A stretch of DNA of 32,611 nucleotides, from NCBI GenBank assembly GCA_021205045.1, contig JAJPYH010000139.1, positions 1-32,611 on the forward strand. The letters are read 5' to 3'. The notes beneath the pieces were generated by a model, which had not been told where the DNA came from, ran no database searches, and was given only the letters and a program-made list of their open reading frames with translations. The stretch is from Lachnospiraceae bacterium. Lineage in GTDB: Bacteria > Bacillota > Clostridia > Lachnospirales > Lachnospiraceae. Both the position numbers and the translations under genes were made by a program. This document shows, piece by piece, positions 25,721 through 32,611 of this stretch (the first letter of the stretch is position 1; every line of letters starts with the position of its first letter).

Positions 25721-26629
25721 ATGCTGGATATTTGTCTGCTGGGAACCGGCGGAATGATGCCTCTGCCCTACAGGTGGCTGACTTCCATGATGGCCCGCTA
25801 TAATGGAAAAAGTATCATGATCGACTGCGGTGAAGGAACCCAGATCGCCTTAAAGGAGAAAGGATGGAGTCCCAAGCCCATAGATATTCTGTGTTTCACC
25901 CATTATCACGCCGACCACATCAGCGGGCTGCCGGGGCTTTTGCTGACCATGGGCAATGCGGAGCGTACGGAACCCCTTTTGATGATTGGCCCCAAAGGAC
26001 TGGAACGCACAGTGAACGCGCTGCGCATCATTGCGCCGGAACTGCCCTTCGAGATACAGTTCCGGGAGCTGAATGAGCCGGAGGAGGTCCTGGATTTCGG
26101 AGATTTTGCGATCACCGCGTTTCGGGTAAAGCACAATGTGATCTGCTATGGTTACTCTCTGGAAATCAAACGCCAGGGAAAATTTGACGTGGAGCGGGTG
26201 CTGGCTGCCGGAATTCCGCAGAAATACTGGTCCAAACTGCAAAAGGGAAATGTGATTGAGGCTGATGGGGTAACCTATACTCCGGATATGGTGCTGGGAC
26301 CGCCGCGAAAGGGACTGAAGGTGACCTATTGTACGGATACCCGTCCTCTGAAGTCCATCTCGGAACATGCCGCAGGGAGCGACCTGTTTATCTGTGAGGG
26401 CATGTACGGGGAACCGGACAAGCTGGCCAAGGCGAAGGAGTATAAGCATATGACCTTCTATGAGGCAGCGAAGCTGGCCAGGGAGGCTGAGGTGAAGGAA
26501 ATGTGGCTGACCCATTACAGTCCGTCTCTGATGAGACCGGAGGAATATATGGACGGGGTGCGCAAAATCTTTCCCAACGCCATTGCTGCCAGGGATGGAA
26601 GGACAGCGGAGTTGAATTTTGAAGAGTAG
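25721..26629 (+). CDS. rnz: Ribonuclease Z (tRNA 3' endonuclease)
   Basis: 302-aa metallo-beta-lactamase-fold protein with the motif FTHYHADHISGLPGLL and the N-terminus LLGTGGMMP typical of RNase Z. Confidence 0.9.
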   Translation: MLDICLLGTGGMMPLPYRWLTSMMARYNGKSIMIDCGEGTQIALKEKGWSPKPIDILCFTHYHADHISGLPGLLLTMGNAERTEPLLMIGPKGLERTVNALRIIAPELPFEIQFRELNEPEEVLDFGDFAITAFRVKHNVICYGYSLEIKRQGKFDVERVLAAGIPQKYWSKLQKGNVIEADGVTYTPDMVLGPPRKGLKVTYCTDTRPLKSISEHAAGSDLFICEGMYGEPDKLAKAKEYKHMTFYEAAKLAREAEVKEMWLTHYSPSLMRPEEYMDGVRKIFPNAIAARDGRTAELNFEE

Positions 26630-26722
26630 ACCGCAGTGGGATCCGGAAGGTTTCGCAGCGGATGAGGCTCATGCCTGTGTGGGCGAACCGGAAACAGGAA
26701 TGATTGAGCAGCGAGGATAAAT

Positions 26723-27757
26723 ATGCAGCAAGAAGAAAAAGACATTCTGATATTGGCAATTGAGAGCTCCTGTGACGAGACCGCCGCTTCCGTGGTCAGA
26801 AACGGCAGGGAGATATTGAGCAATGTCATTGCTTCCCAGATTGATCTGCACACTCTGTATGGAGGAGTGGTGCCGGAGATCGCTTCCCGGAAGCATATTG
26901 AGAAGATCAATCAGGTCATCGGCCAGGCAGTCAGCCAGGCAGGTGTGACTCTGCGGGATGTGGATGCCATTGCCGTGACCTATGGACCGGGACTGGTGGG
27001 AGCTCTTCTGGTGGGCGTTTCCGCAGCCAAGGCTCTTGCCTTTGCGCTGGACAAGCCTCTGGTAGGGGTTCATCACATTGAGGGGCATATCTGTGCCAAC
27101 TATCTGCAATATCCTGATCTGGAGCCGCCCTTTATGAGCCTGGTGGTCAGCGGGGGTCATTCTCATCTGGTGATTGTCAGAGATTATGGGGAGTATGAGG
27201 CCATTGGCCGTACCAGGGACGATGCGGCAGGCGAGGCCTTTGATAAGGTGGCCCGGGCCATTGGGCTGGGATACCCCGGCGGCCCCAAGATTGATAAACT
27301 GGTGGCAAAGGAGGGAAATCCCGACGCCATTGCTTTCCCCAGGGCCAGTGTGGGCGGCAGCGTTTATGATTTCAGCTTCAGCGGTCTGAAATCCGCAGTA
27401 CTGAATTATTTAAATGAATACAGTATGAAGGGGATTGAAGTCAACCGGGCGGATGTGGCGGCTTCTTTTCAGAAAGCGGTGACAGATGTGCTGGTGGCGC
27501 ACGGCATACAGGGAGCGAAGGACTACGGCTTTCATAAGCTGGCACTGGCGGGAGGCGTGGCCTCCAACACTGCCCTGCGCAAGGCCATGAAGGAAGCCTG
27601 TGAAAGAGAAGGCATCGAATTTTATTATCCGGCGCCGATTTTGTGTACCGACAATGCGGCTATGATCGGCTCCGCCGGTTATTATGAATTTCAGAAGGGC
27701 GTCCGGTCAGGGTGGGATCTGAACGCGGTGCCAAATCTGAAGCTGGGGGAGCGGTGA
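26723..27757 (+). CDS. tsaD: tRNA N6-adenosine threonylcarbamoyltransferase TsaD
   Basis: 344 aa with SD GAGGA. N-terminus [16 protein letters not shown] and metal-binding motif VHHIEGHI. Confidence 0.95.
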   Translation: MQQEEKDILILAIESSCDETAASVVRNGREILSNVIASQIDLHTLYGGVVPEIASRKHIEKINQVIGQAVSQAGVTLRDVDAIAVTYGPGLVGALLVGVSAAKALAFALDKPLVGVHHIEGHICANYLQYPDLEPPFMSLVVSGGHSHLVIVRDYGEYEAIGRTRDDAAGEAFDKVARAIGLGYPGGPKIDKLVAKEGNPDAIAFPRASVGGSVYDFSFSGLKSAVLNYLNEYSMKGIEVNRADVAASFQKAVTDVLVAHGIQGAKDYGFHKLALAGGVASNTALRKAMKEACEREGIEFYYPAPILCTDNAAMIGSAGYYEFQKGVRSGWDLNAVPNLKLGER

Positions 27758-28485
27758 TGAATGACCGGAAGCAGATTGCCATTGTGCTGGCGGCAGGAAA
27801 AGGAAAGCGAATGGGAACGCAGACTGCCAAGCAGTTTTTGCCGCTGCGGGACAGGCCGATTCTTTATTATTCTCTGAGAGTGTTTCAGGACAGCTTCATA
27901 GATGATGTAATTCTGGTCACGGGGGAAGATGAGATTGCTTACTGCCGTCAGGAGATTGCGGAAAAATACGGGCTTTCCAAAGTGCGGGCTATCGTGCCCG
28001 GCGGGAGAGAGCGGTATCACTCGGTATATGAAGGATTAAAGGAAGTTCGCAAACTGACGGATCATACAGCCGCGGTTTACATCCACGACGGCACCCGCCC
28101 GTTCATCACGGAAAACATTCTGCTGCGTCTGAAAGAGAGCGTGGAGCAGTACGGCTCCGCTGTGGCTGCCATGCCGGTGAAGGATACCATTAAGCTTGCT
28201 GACCAGGACGGTTTTGTGACAGCCACTCCCGACAGAACAAAGACCTGGCAGGTGCAGACGCCCCAGTGCTTTGATTTTGACTGGATTTATCCGGCTTACA
28301 GGCGGCTGATCGAGGAAGAGGAGCCGCTGCTTGCGAAGGGGGTCCACATTACGGATGACGCTATGGCGGCAGAGATGTACGGCGGCGGGAAGGTTCATCT
28401 GGTGGAGGCGGACTACAGGAATATCAAGATCACCACGCCGGAGGATATGGCTGTAGCGGAAAGGTTTTTGCAGGATATTTTCTGA
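27757..28485 (+). CDS. ispD: 2-C-methyl-D-erythritol 4-phosphate cytidylyltransferase
   Basis: The canonical IspD N-terminus IAIVLAAGKGKRMG follows ATG 27757, which overlaps the tsaD stop (TGATG). SD GGGGGAG is 6 nt upstream. The track's upstream start at 27712 is unlikely. Confidence 0.9.
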   Translation: MNDRKQIAIVLAAGKGKRMGTQTAKQFLPLRDRPILYYSLRVFQDSFIDDVILVTGEDEIAYCRQEIAEKYGLSKVRAIVPGGRERYHSVYEGLKEVRKLTDHTAAVYIHDGTRPFITENILLRLKESVEQYGSAVAAMPVKDTIKLADQDGFVTATPDRTKTWQVQTPQCFDFDWIYPAYRRLIEEEEPLLAKGVHITDDAMAAEMYGGGKVHLVEADYRNIKITTPEDMAVAERFLQDIF

Positions 28486-28502
28486 GTTCGGATTTCAATA
28501 AA

Positions 28503-28552
28503 AAAAGAGCCCCGGCAGGAACGCTGCCTGCCGGAAGGGCTCTTTTCTTTTT
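28503..28552. terminator. Bidirectional Rho-independent terminator (ispD / serine hydrolase, convergent)
   Basis: aaaagagccc plus cggcagg pair with cctgccg plus gggctctttt. An A-run lies 5' and a T-run (tcttttcttttt) lies 3'. Confidence 0.8.
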
Positions 28553-28593
28553 GTACGGGAAAAGGATCATTGCCTTTGGCGGGATCATGTTTA

Positions 28594-30036
28594 TTATAAA
28601 TGGTAACCGATTAAATGCTTTGGAGAGAATTCATTGAAAAGCGATTCTTCTGTTTTCTTCATATATATAACAACCCGGTTCCCGGAAAAATGCAGCTGGA
28701 AATGTACGCTGCCCACGCTGGTATCACAGATATGGCAGCGGATGTACAGGCAGTCGCTGCCAACCCAGGCGCCGCTGGAGGCCGCACACATCTGATAAAT
28801 GGGGAAGGTGATCTCCTGGCAGTCACCAAAGCCAAAGGGAATTTCCCAGGTATCTCCGTCAATTCTGAAATACAGACAGCCTCCGAATTCATCGAAGGAT
28901 ACGGACATTTTTCTGACGCCGAGGCTGTTTTCTTCTATTTCGTAGATTTTCCCGTTGACCTGGTGCTGCATGGAAGCCTGGTACGCCCCGGCCACGGGAT
29001 CGATGGCAAGAGAGGCGGTTAATGCTGCCAGGGAGGCCTGGGCGGCGCTCGCATCAGGGCAATCTTTCCGGATGTCCGCAAGCTTATCTAATATTTCCTC
29101 ATAAAAGGCATTATAAATAAACTGGTTTCCTCCGCTGTAGCCCTGGGTGTCCGCGGTGGTGACGCAGACCAGATCCGCCTGGGGCTGCATGATCAGAAGC
29201 TGCCCTCCCATGCCATAGCAGACATTTCCGCCCCGCTCTGTTCTCCAGAACTGCATGCCGTAGCCGCAGGCTTCGCTGGGCAGAGGCGCTTTCATGACGG
29301 CGGGAGAGATAAAGGACAGTGCATGGTTGATATATGTCTCGGAAATCCTTTTCTCACCGAAGATGGTTCCTTTGCAGGAGAGAAAATATCCGATTTTCAT
29401 CAGATCCATGGGGGTGCACATCAGCCCGCTTCCGCCCATGGATACGCCATTGGGGTCTGTCAGCATATAGCTGTCTTTGCTCAGATCCAGGCCGTGGAAC
29501 ACCGTGCTTTTCATAAAATCCCAGAAGGGTACGCCGGACAGTTTCTCCACCAGGGCGCAGAGCACATGGGGGGAACTGGTGTCATAGTGAAAGACGGTTC
29601 CCGGCGGATGATCGGGCATGGCGATAAAAAAGCTCTCCACCCAGTCGTCGGTGAGCCCCAGCTTGTAGGTGGTCTGGCTGTAGCAGGTTCGCATTTCCAG
29701 CATATTCTGCAATGTCATTTCCGCAAGATAAGGATGGATATTGGCGGGGCATTTCTCAGGGAACAGATCCACGATTTTGTCATCTGCATGGAGCTCTCCG
29801 TGGGTGATCAGATATCCGATGGCCAGTGACACCATGCTCTTGCTGATGGAAAACATCCGGTGCAGCTTTTCCTTATGATAGGGCCTGTAATAGCCCTCGT
29901 AGACCAGCTTCCCGTGACGCATCAGCAGGATGCTGTGCATGGGGATCTGATTCCTTTGCAGGCGCAGGATCATATTTTCAATCTGTTCTGAGCCGATTCC
30001 CTCAGATTCGGGGGAAGCGACGGGAATTTCAAACAT
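28594..30036 (-). CDS. Serine hydrolase of the beta-lactamase/transpeptidase-like family, with a C-terminal extra domain
   Basis: S-x-x-K motif (FSISKSM) about 65 aa from the N-terminus. ATG 30036 is preceded by the perfect SD GGAGGTG, so the track's start at 30063 is unlikely. No signal peptide. About 130 aa of additional C-terminal sequence. Confidence 0.8.
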   Translation of the reverse strand: MFEIPVASPESEGIGSEQIENMILRLQRNQIPMHSILLMRHGKLVYEGYYRPYHKEKLHRMFSISKSMVSLAIGYLITHGELHADDKIVDLFPEKCPANIHPYLAEMTLQNMLEMRTCYSQTTYKLGLTDDWVESFFIAMPDHPPGTVFHYDTSSPHVLCALVEKLSGVPFWDFMKSTVFHGLDLSKDSYMLTDPNGVSMGGSGLMCTPMDLMKIGYFLSCKGTIFGEKRISETYINHALSFISPAVMKAPLPSEACGYGMQFWRTERGGNVCYGMGGQLLIMQPQADLVCVTTADTQGYSGGNQFIYNAFYEEILDKLADIRKDCPDASAAQASLAALTASLAIDPVAGAYQASMQHQVNGKIYEIEENSLGVRKMSVSFDEFGGCLYFRIDGDTWEIPFGFGDCQEITFPIYQMCAASSGAWVGSDCLYIRCHICDTSVGSVHFQLHFSGNRVVIYMKKTEESLFNEFSPKHLIGYHL

Positions 30037-30074
30037 AGGCACCTCCTGAAATATTAATAGCATACCTGTGGTTC

Positions 30075-30103
30075 ACTATAACAATTTTGACAACGCATTA
30101 CAA
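30075..30103 (-). promoter_or_regulatory. Candidate promoter for the serine hydrolase gene
   Basis: The minus strand reads TTGTAA, a 17-nt spacer, then TATAGT, with TG two nt upstream of the -10. Confidence 0.45.
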
Positions 30104-30239
30104 GAAGTTTGGAGAAAACATTTTGTATTGCAAAACTCATTTCCCGCTAAAAATACAGTGTAAATATGCAAAAGGGCGGTATATAGACCGAATCCTTAAA
30201 AGAATTATGGTAAAATTATGAGGTAATGGACAACACCGG

Positions 30240-30268
30240 TTGACAATATAGGATTTATTCTATATAAT
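30240..30268 (+). promoter_or_regulatory. Consensus sigma-70-type promoter (TTGACA-17-TATAAT)
   Basis: TTGACA (30240-30245), an exactly 17-nt spacer, then TATAAT (30263-30268). Both hexamers match the consensus perfectly. It points toward the DUF2442-HTH ORF. Confidence 0.65.
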
Positions 30269-30395
30269 ATCCGAGGGGGATCTGAACATTCAGGAACAAA
30301 GGGCGGTAAAACAGTTCATAGAGAGATACGGAAGAGAACTTCTTGATATGTGGGAAACACAGCAGTTTACTTATCTTGAACCTGTCGTAAAATAA
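30252..30395 (+). pseudogene. DUF4160-like gene remnant (C-terminal half only, no canonical start codon)
   Basis: The frame ending at TAA 30393-30395 translates to DLFYIISEGDLNIQEQRAVKQFIERYGRELLDMWETQQFTYLEPVVK. This resembles the C-terminal half of DUF4160 proteins as I recall them. An in-frame TAG lies at 30249-30251 and there is no ATG/GTG/TTG start. Confidence 0.5.
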
Positions 30396-30414
30396 AGAAA
30401 GGCCGGTGTTGTTC

Positions 30415-30882
30415 ATGGCACATAAGATTTTCACAGCAAATGCGAAAGATAATTTAATTCTGGAAGTAGTTTTCTTTGATGGTACAGTCAGGGAATATGA
30501 TGTCAGGAATATGTTTTCAATATATCCGCGGATGAAAGCTCTGGAGGATCAGAATCTGTTTTCACAGGTACGGGTAGATGCCGGAAATTACGGCATTTCC
30601 TGGAATGATGAGATGGATCTGGACGCTGAAACGATATGGGAGGACGGTGTGTTCCTGAGGCGGGAGCGCACTTGCACTATGCTTCAGCTTGCGGCGCATC
30701 TGTCTGCTGCCAGAGAAAAGGCAGGCCTGACTCAGAAACAGCTTGCGGAGCTGACTGGAATTTATCAGGCTGATATCAGCAAAATTGAGCGTGGGCTGGG
30801 AAATCCGTCTGTTTCAACTCTGAGGCGTCTGGCAGAAGGTTTGGGAATGGAATTGAGGATTGACTTCGAGGTGGTGGAATGA
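30415..30882 (+). CDS. DUF2442-domain / XRE-family helix-turn-helix fusion protein
   Basis: The N-terminal about 85 aa look like DUF2442 (LILEVVFFDGTVREYDV...VRVDAGNYGISWNDEMDLDAE). The C-terminal about 65 aa are a classical XRE HTH (LTQKQLAELTGIYQADISKIERGLGNPSVSTLRRLAEGLG). The start may be GTG 30406 or ATG 30415. Confidence 0.75.
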   Translation: MAHKIFTANAKDNLILEVVFFDGTVREYDVRNMFSIYPRMKALEDQNLFSQVRVDAGNYGISWNDEMDLDAETIWEDGVFLRRERTCTMLQLAAHLSAAREKAGLTQKQLAELTGIYQADISKIERGLGNPSVSTLRRLAEGLGMELRIDFEVVE

Positions 30883-30906
30883 TTTCCAGAGGACTTTTGC
30901 CCCGTT

Positions 30907-31522
30907 TTCGACACTTGATGACATCAAAAGAGATGAGAACCCTTGAAAATAAAGGGAATCACCTCTTTCGTGACATTCATATTTTTTAACGTTGTAATCA
31001 AATCCTGCGTGGTGACGTGCGTCCCCTGCTCATCCAGTTTTGCTTCCATACGGCGGAGAACCAGCAGGGATGTATCACAGATCAGAAAGAGGGCACGTAT
31101 TCTGTCCGGCAGGCGGTGGTTGACCGGCCGGCCGCTGAAATTCGTTTTCATGATCCGGAAACAGTCCTCGATCTGATACCTTTTATGCGATATTGCCAGG
31201 ATATCTTTTACCGGGTCGTCCAGGTTCGTGGCAACGGCATAGTAGCCGTCATATTTTTCTTCCTCTGCGATTTTTGCCTCGTCCAGTTCATATGTGACGG
31301 TGGCTTTTTCGCCTGATTTTGTCTTAGCCACCCGTTTCATGAACCTTTTTACATCATTTGGCCCCTTTTTGATTTCCTCCGGGTCGTTGTTCTCCAGCAG
31401 CTTCTTTGCCCGCTCTACCTGGCTTCTACGGACTGCCCTCTGGTATTCCATCATTTTCCGTGAAAAAGTAATAAGCATAAATCAAGGCTCTGAGTTCATT
31501 TTGAAGTTAAGCAAGTGTCGAA
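30907..31522 (-). mobile_element. Internally deleted IS relic (IS1634/IS4-superfamily type) bounded by 11-bp inverted repeats
   Basis: ttcgacacttg (30907-30917) is the exact reverse complement of caagtgtcgaa (31512-31522). The two copies closely bracket the transposase-fragment ORF. Confidence 0.5.
30924..31478 (-). pseudogene. DDE transposase fragment (C-terminal third, IS1634/IS4-like)
   Basis: The 184-aa ORF contains the IS4-superfamily Y-x2-R-x3-E-x6-K block (HKRYQIEDCFRIMKTNF) and the downstream RPV.H...DRI.A.FL region. It lacks the several hundred N-terminal residues that carry the two catalytic Asp. Confidence 0.7.
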
Positions 31523-31591
31523 GACCCGAAGACACGTTTGAAATATGTTACACAAAATGCCCAAAAATATTAAGAAAAATTAAGGATTTAA

Positions 31592-31620
31592 TTGCAATTT
31601 GCCAAATGTGATGTTATCAT
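31592..31620 (+). promoter_or_regulatory. Candidate promoter for the secreted acidic protein gene
   Basis: TTGCAA (31592-31597), a 17-nt spacer, then TATCAT (31615-31620), with TG at 31612-31613 (extended -10). Confidence 0.45.
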
Positions 31621-31703
31621 GCATAAATGAGGACTTTGCACGGGCAAAAGAGGGAGCTTTTTCACGGGGAAAAGACTCAAATACTTATTTTAAGGAGGGG
31701 ACT

Positions 31704-32611
31704 ATGAAACGAAGAAAGCAATTTCTCGGGCTTTTGCTCGCAGCGATGATGTTGCCGGGAACCGTTTGTCCCGGGACGACAGCGACGGTAAACGCACAGG
31801 AGATTTCTGCCGCTGCGGACAATGAAAACCTGGAAGACGAGTCTGTGAACGGTGAAGACGCCGATACGCAGGACGAAGCCGACACCGGAGAAGTCGATGC
31901 TGATCAGATCGGAGAGGCCGGAACGGAAGCCGATGCTGATGCGTCGGGGGAAACCGGCGATGATCAGACCGGAGAGGCCGGAACGGAAACTGATGCTGGC
32001 GTATTGGAGGAAACCGGTGACGAGCAGGCAGAGGAAGACGACGCGGATGCCCAGGATGAGGCTGGGAAGGATGCTGACGAAGCTTCTGAAGACGAGGCTC
32101 TGACCGAAACGGTTGAGGAGGAAGCAATCACAGTGGCGGCTGAGGCTGAGGAAACCGGGACTGATGAGGATGTGACTACGGCGTCAGTTGATTTCACGGC
32201 GGATGGGACTTATGCCGCTGGGAATACGATCGCGGCGAACGCGGTCATTTCAGAGGATTCCGTGATGACAGTTACCGCTGTTGGCGATCTGACTCTGAAA
32301 TCAGGCTCACCGTCCAATATGGTAGCGGTCAGAGAGGGTACCGACGAGGTGCCTGACAGCAGTGATCTGACGGGATATTATATCACAGGCTCCAGCAATC
32401 CGACGCTTGACGATGCGGGAATTCCGACCGGAGGCACAGCCATCATGATTGAGGTTGAGCAGGATTGTGAGGCTACCTTCGTGATGAAAATCAGCGGGAA
32501 GGAATTTCATGTAAAGGATAGTGAGGGGAATGAAATAGCAGAAGGGGTGGCGGATGTCACCAAGGCTTACTCCTCCAGCACCTTTGCCTGCGTGACCTGC
32601 AGTCTGGAAGC
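31704..32611 (+). CDS. Secreted protein with an extremely acidic low-complexity linker (3' end beyond the window)
   Basis: Not in the ORF track because it has no stop inside the window. ATG 31704 follows the strong SD AAGGAGGGG. My hand translation found no stop through 32611. Signal peptide MKRRKQFLGLLLAAMMLPGTVCPGTTATVNA/QE. A D/E/T/G/A-rich linker of about 120 aa is followed by a non-repetitive domain. Confidence 0.78.
   Translation, partial: MKRRKQFLGLLLAAMMLPGTVCPGTTATVNAQEISAAADNENLEDESVNGEDADTQDEADTGEVDADQIGEAGTEADADASGETGDDQTGEAGTETDAGVLEETGDEQAEEDDADAQDEAGKDADEASEDEALTETVEEEAITVAAEAEETGTDEDVTTASVDFTADGTYAAGNTIAANAVISEDSVMTVTAVGDLTLKSGSPSNMVAVREGTDEVPDSSDLTGYYITGSSNPTLDDAGIPTGGTAIMIEVEQDCEATFVMKISGKEFHVKDSEGNEIAEGVADVTKAYSSSTFACVTCSLE
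31902..32021 (+). repeat. Two tandem copies of a 60-bp (20-aa) coding repeat
   Basis: The unit gatcagAYcggagaggccggaacggaa... occurs at 31902-31961 and 31962-32021, exactly 60 nt apart. The encoded peptides are DQIGEAGTEADADASGETGD and DQTGEAGTETDAGVLEETGD. Confidence 0.85.

Noticed and set aside
23729-26515. Antisense ORFs of 245, 261 and 221 aa: 23729-24466(-), 24523-25308(-), 25850-26515(-)
   Set aside because: They lie opposite tsaE/tsaB/rimI/rnz, which all carry clear family motifs. The antisense translations are P/R/S/G-rich and have no start context.
30171-30308. An 11-nt direct repeat aaagggcggta at 30171-30181 and 30298-30308, flanking the consensus promoter
   Set aside because: It could mark a recombination junction related to the DUF4160 truncation. 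The two copies are in different reading frames and nothing else supports this, so it may be chance.
31702-32197. Pro/Arg-rich (141 aa) and Ser-rich (77 aa) ORFs on the minus strand
   Set aside because: They are reverse-complement artefacts of the GA-rich acidic-repeat coding region. The plus-strand ORF has the SD, the signal peptide and an open frame to the window end.
1-32611. Scan for CRISPR arrays, tRNA/rRNA genes, known riboswitch-like leaders, integrase/recombinase genes and defence-system hallmarks
   Set aside because: I saw no regularly spaced direct repeats, no tRNA-like T-arm or acceptor patterns in the intergenic regions, no rRNA-like sequence and no integrase. The only mobile-element trace is the IS relic at 30.9-31.5 kb.

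Overview
This 32.6-kb window looks like chromosome from a Clostridia-type anaerobe, probably Lachnospiraceae-like. That placement is inferred only from protein sequences and gene order. Most of the window is core metabolism and housekeeping.

Layout:
(1) 85-6332: a co-directional butyrate block, hbd-bcd-etfB-etfA-(terminator)-ptb-buk.
(2) 6414-16299: a hexuronate/pectin block. It holds uxaC (-), a long divergent control region, uxaB-uxaA, an unknown 175-aa ORF, a GH28 polygalacturonase and a TIM-barrel isomerase-like gene (all +). Convergent to these is an overlapping AraC-regulator/CE8-pectinesterase pair (-).
(3) 16300-18150: a mirror-symmetric divergent promoter region and a GH13 alpha-glucosidase-type gene.
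(4) 18485-22311: secA-prfB. This prfB has no programmed frameshift.
(5) 22394-23806: a divergent DUF975 membrane protein and YcxB-like protein.
(6) 23864-28485: tsaE-tsaB-rimI-(22-bp perfect hairpin)-rnz-tsaD-ispD.
(7) 28594-32611: an AT-richer, accessory-looking end. It contains a serine hydrolase, a consensus promoter sitting inside a decapitated DUF4160 gene and reading toward a DUF2442-XRE fusion ORF, an internally deleted IS1634/IS4-type transposase relic, and a 3'-truncated ORF for a secreted protein with an extremely acidic repeat linker. That last ORF is missing from the supplied ORF track because it runs off the window.

I found no rRNA, tRNA or CRISPR array, and no recognisable multi-gene defence or secretion system. 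The best candidates for something undescribed are small: the DUF4160-remnant/DUF2442-HTH module, the mirrored promoter/operator at 16.3-16.5 kb, the unannotated 175-aa ORF in the pectin operon, and the large hairpin before rnz. All functional calls rest on motif and family recognition by eye, not on database searches.
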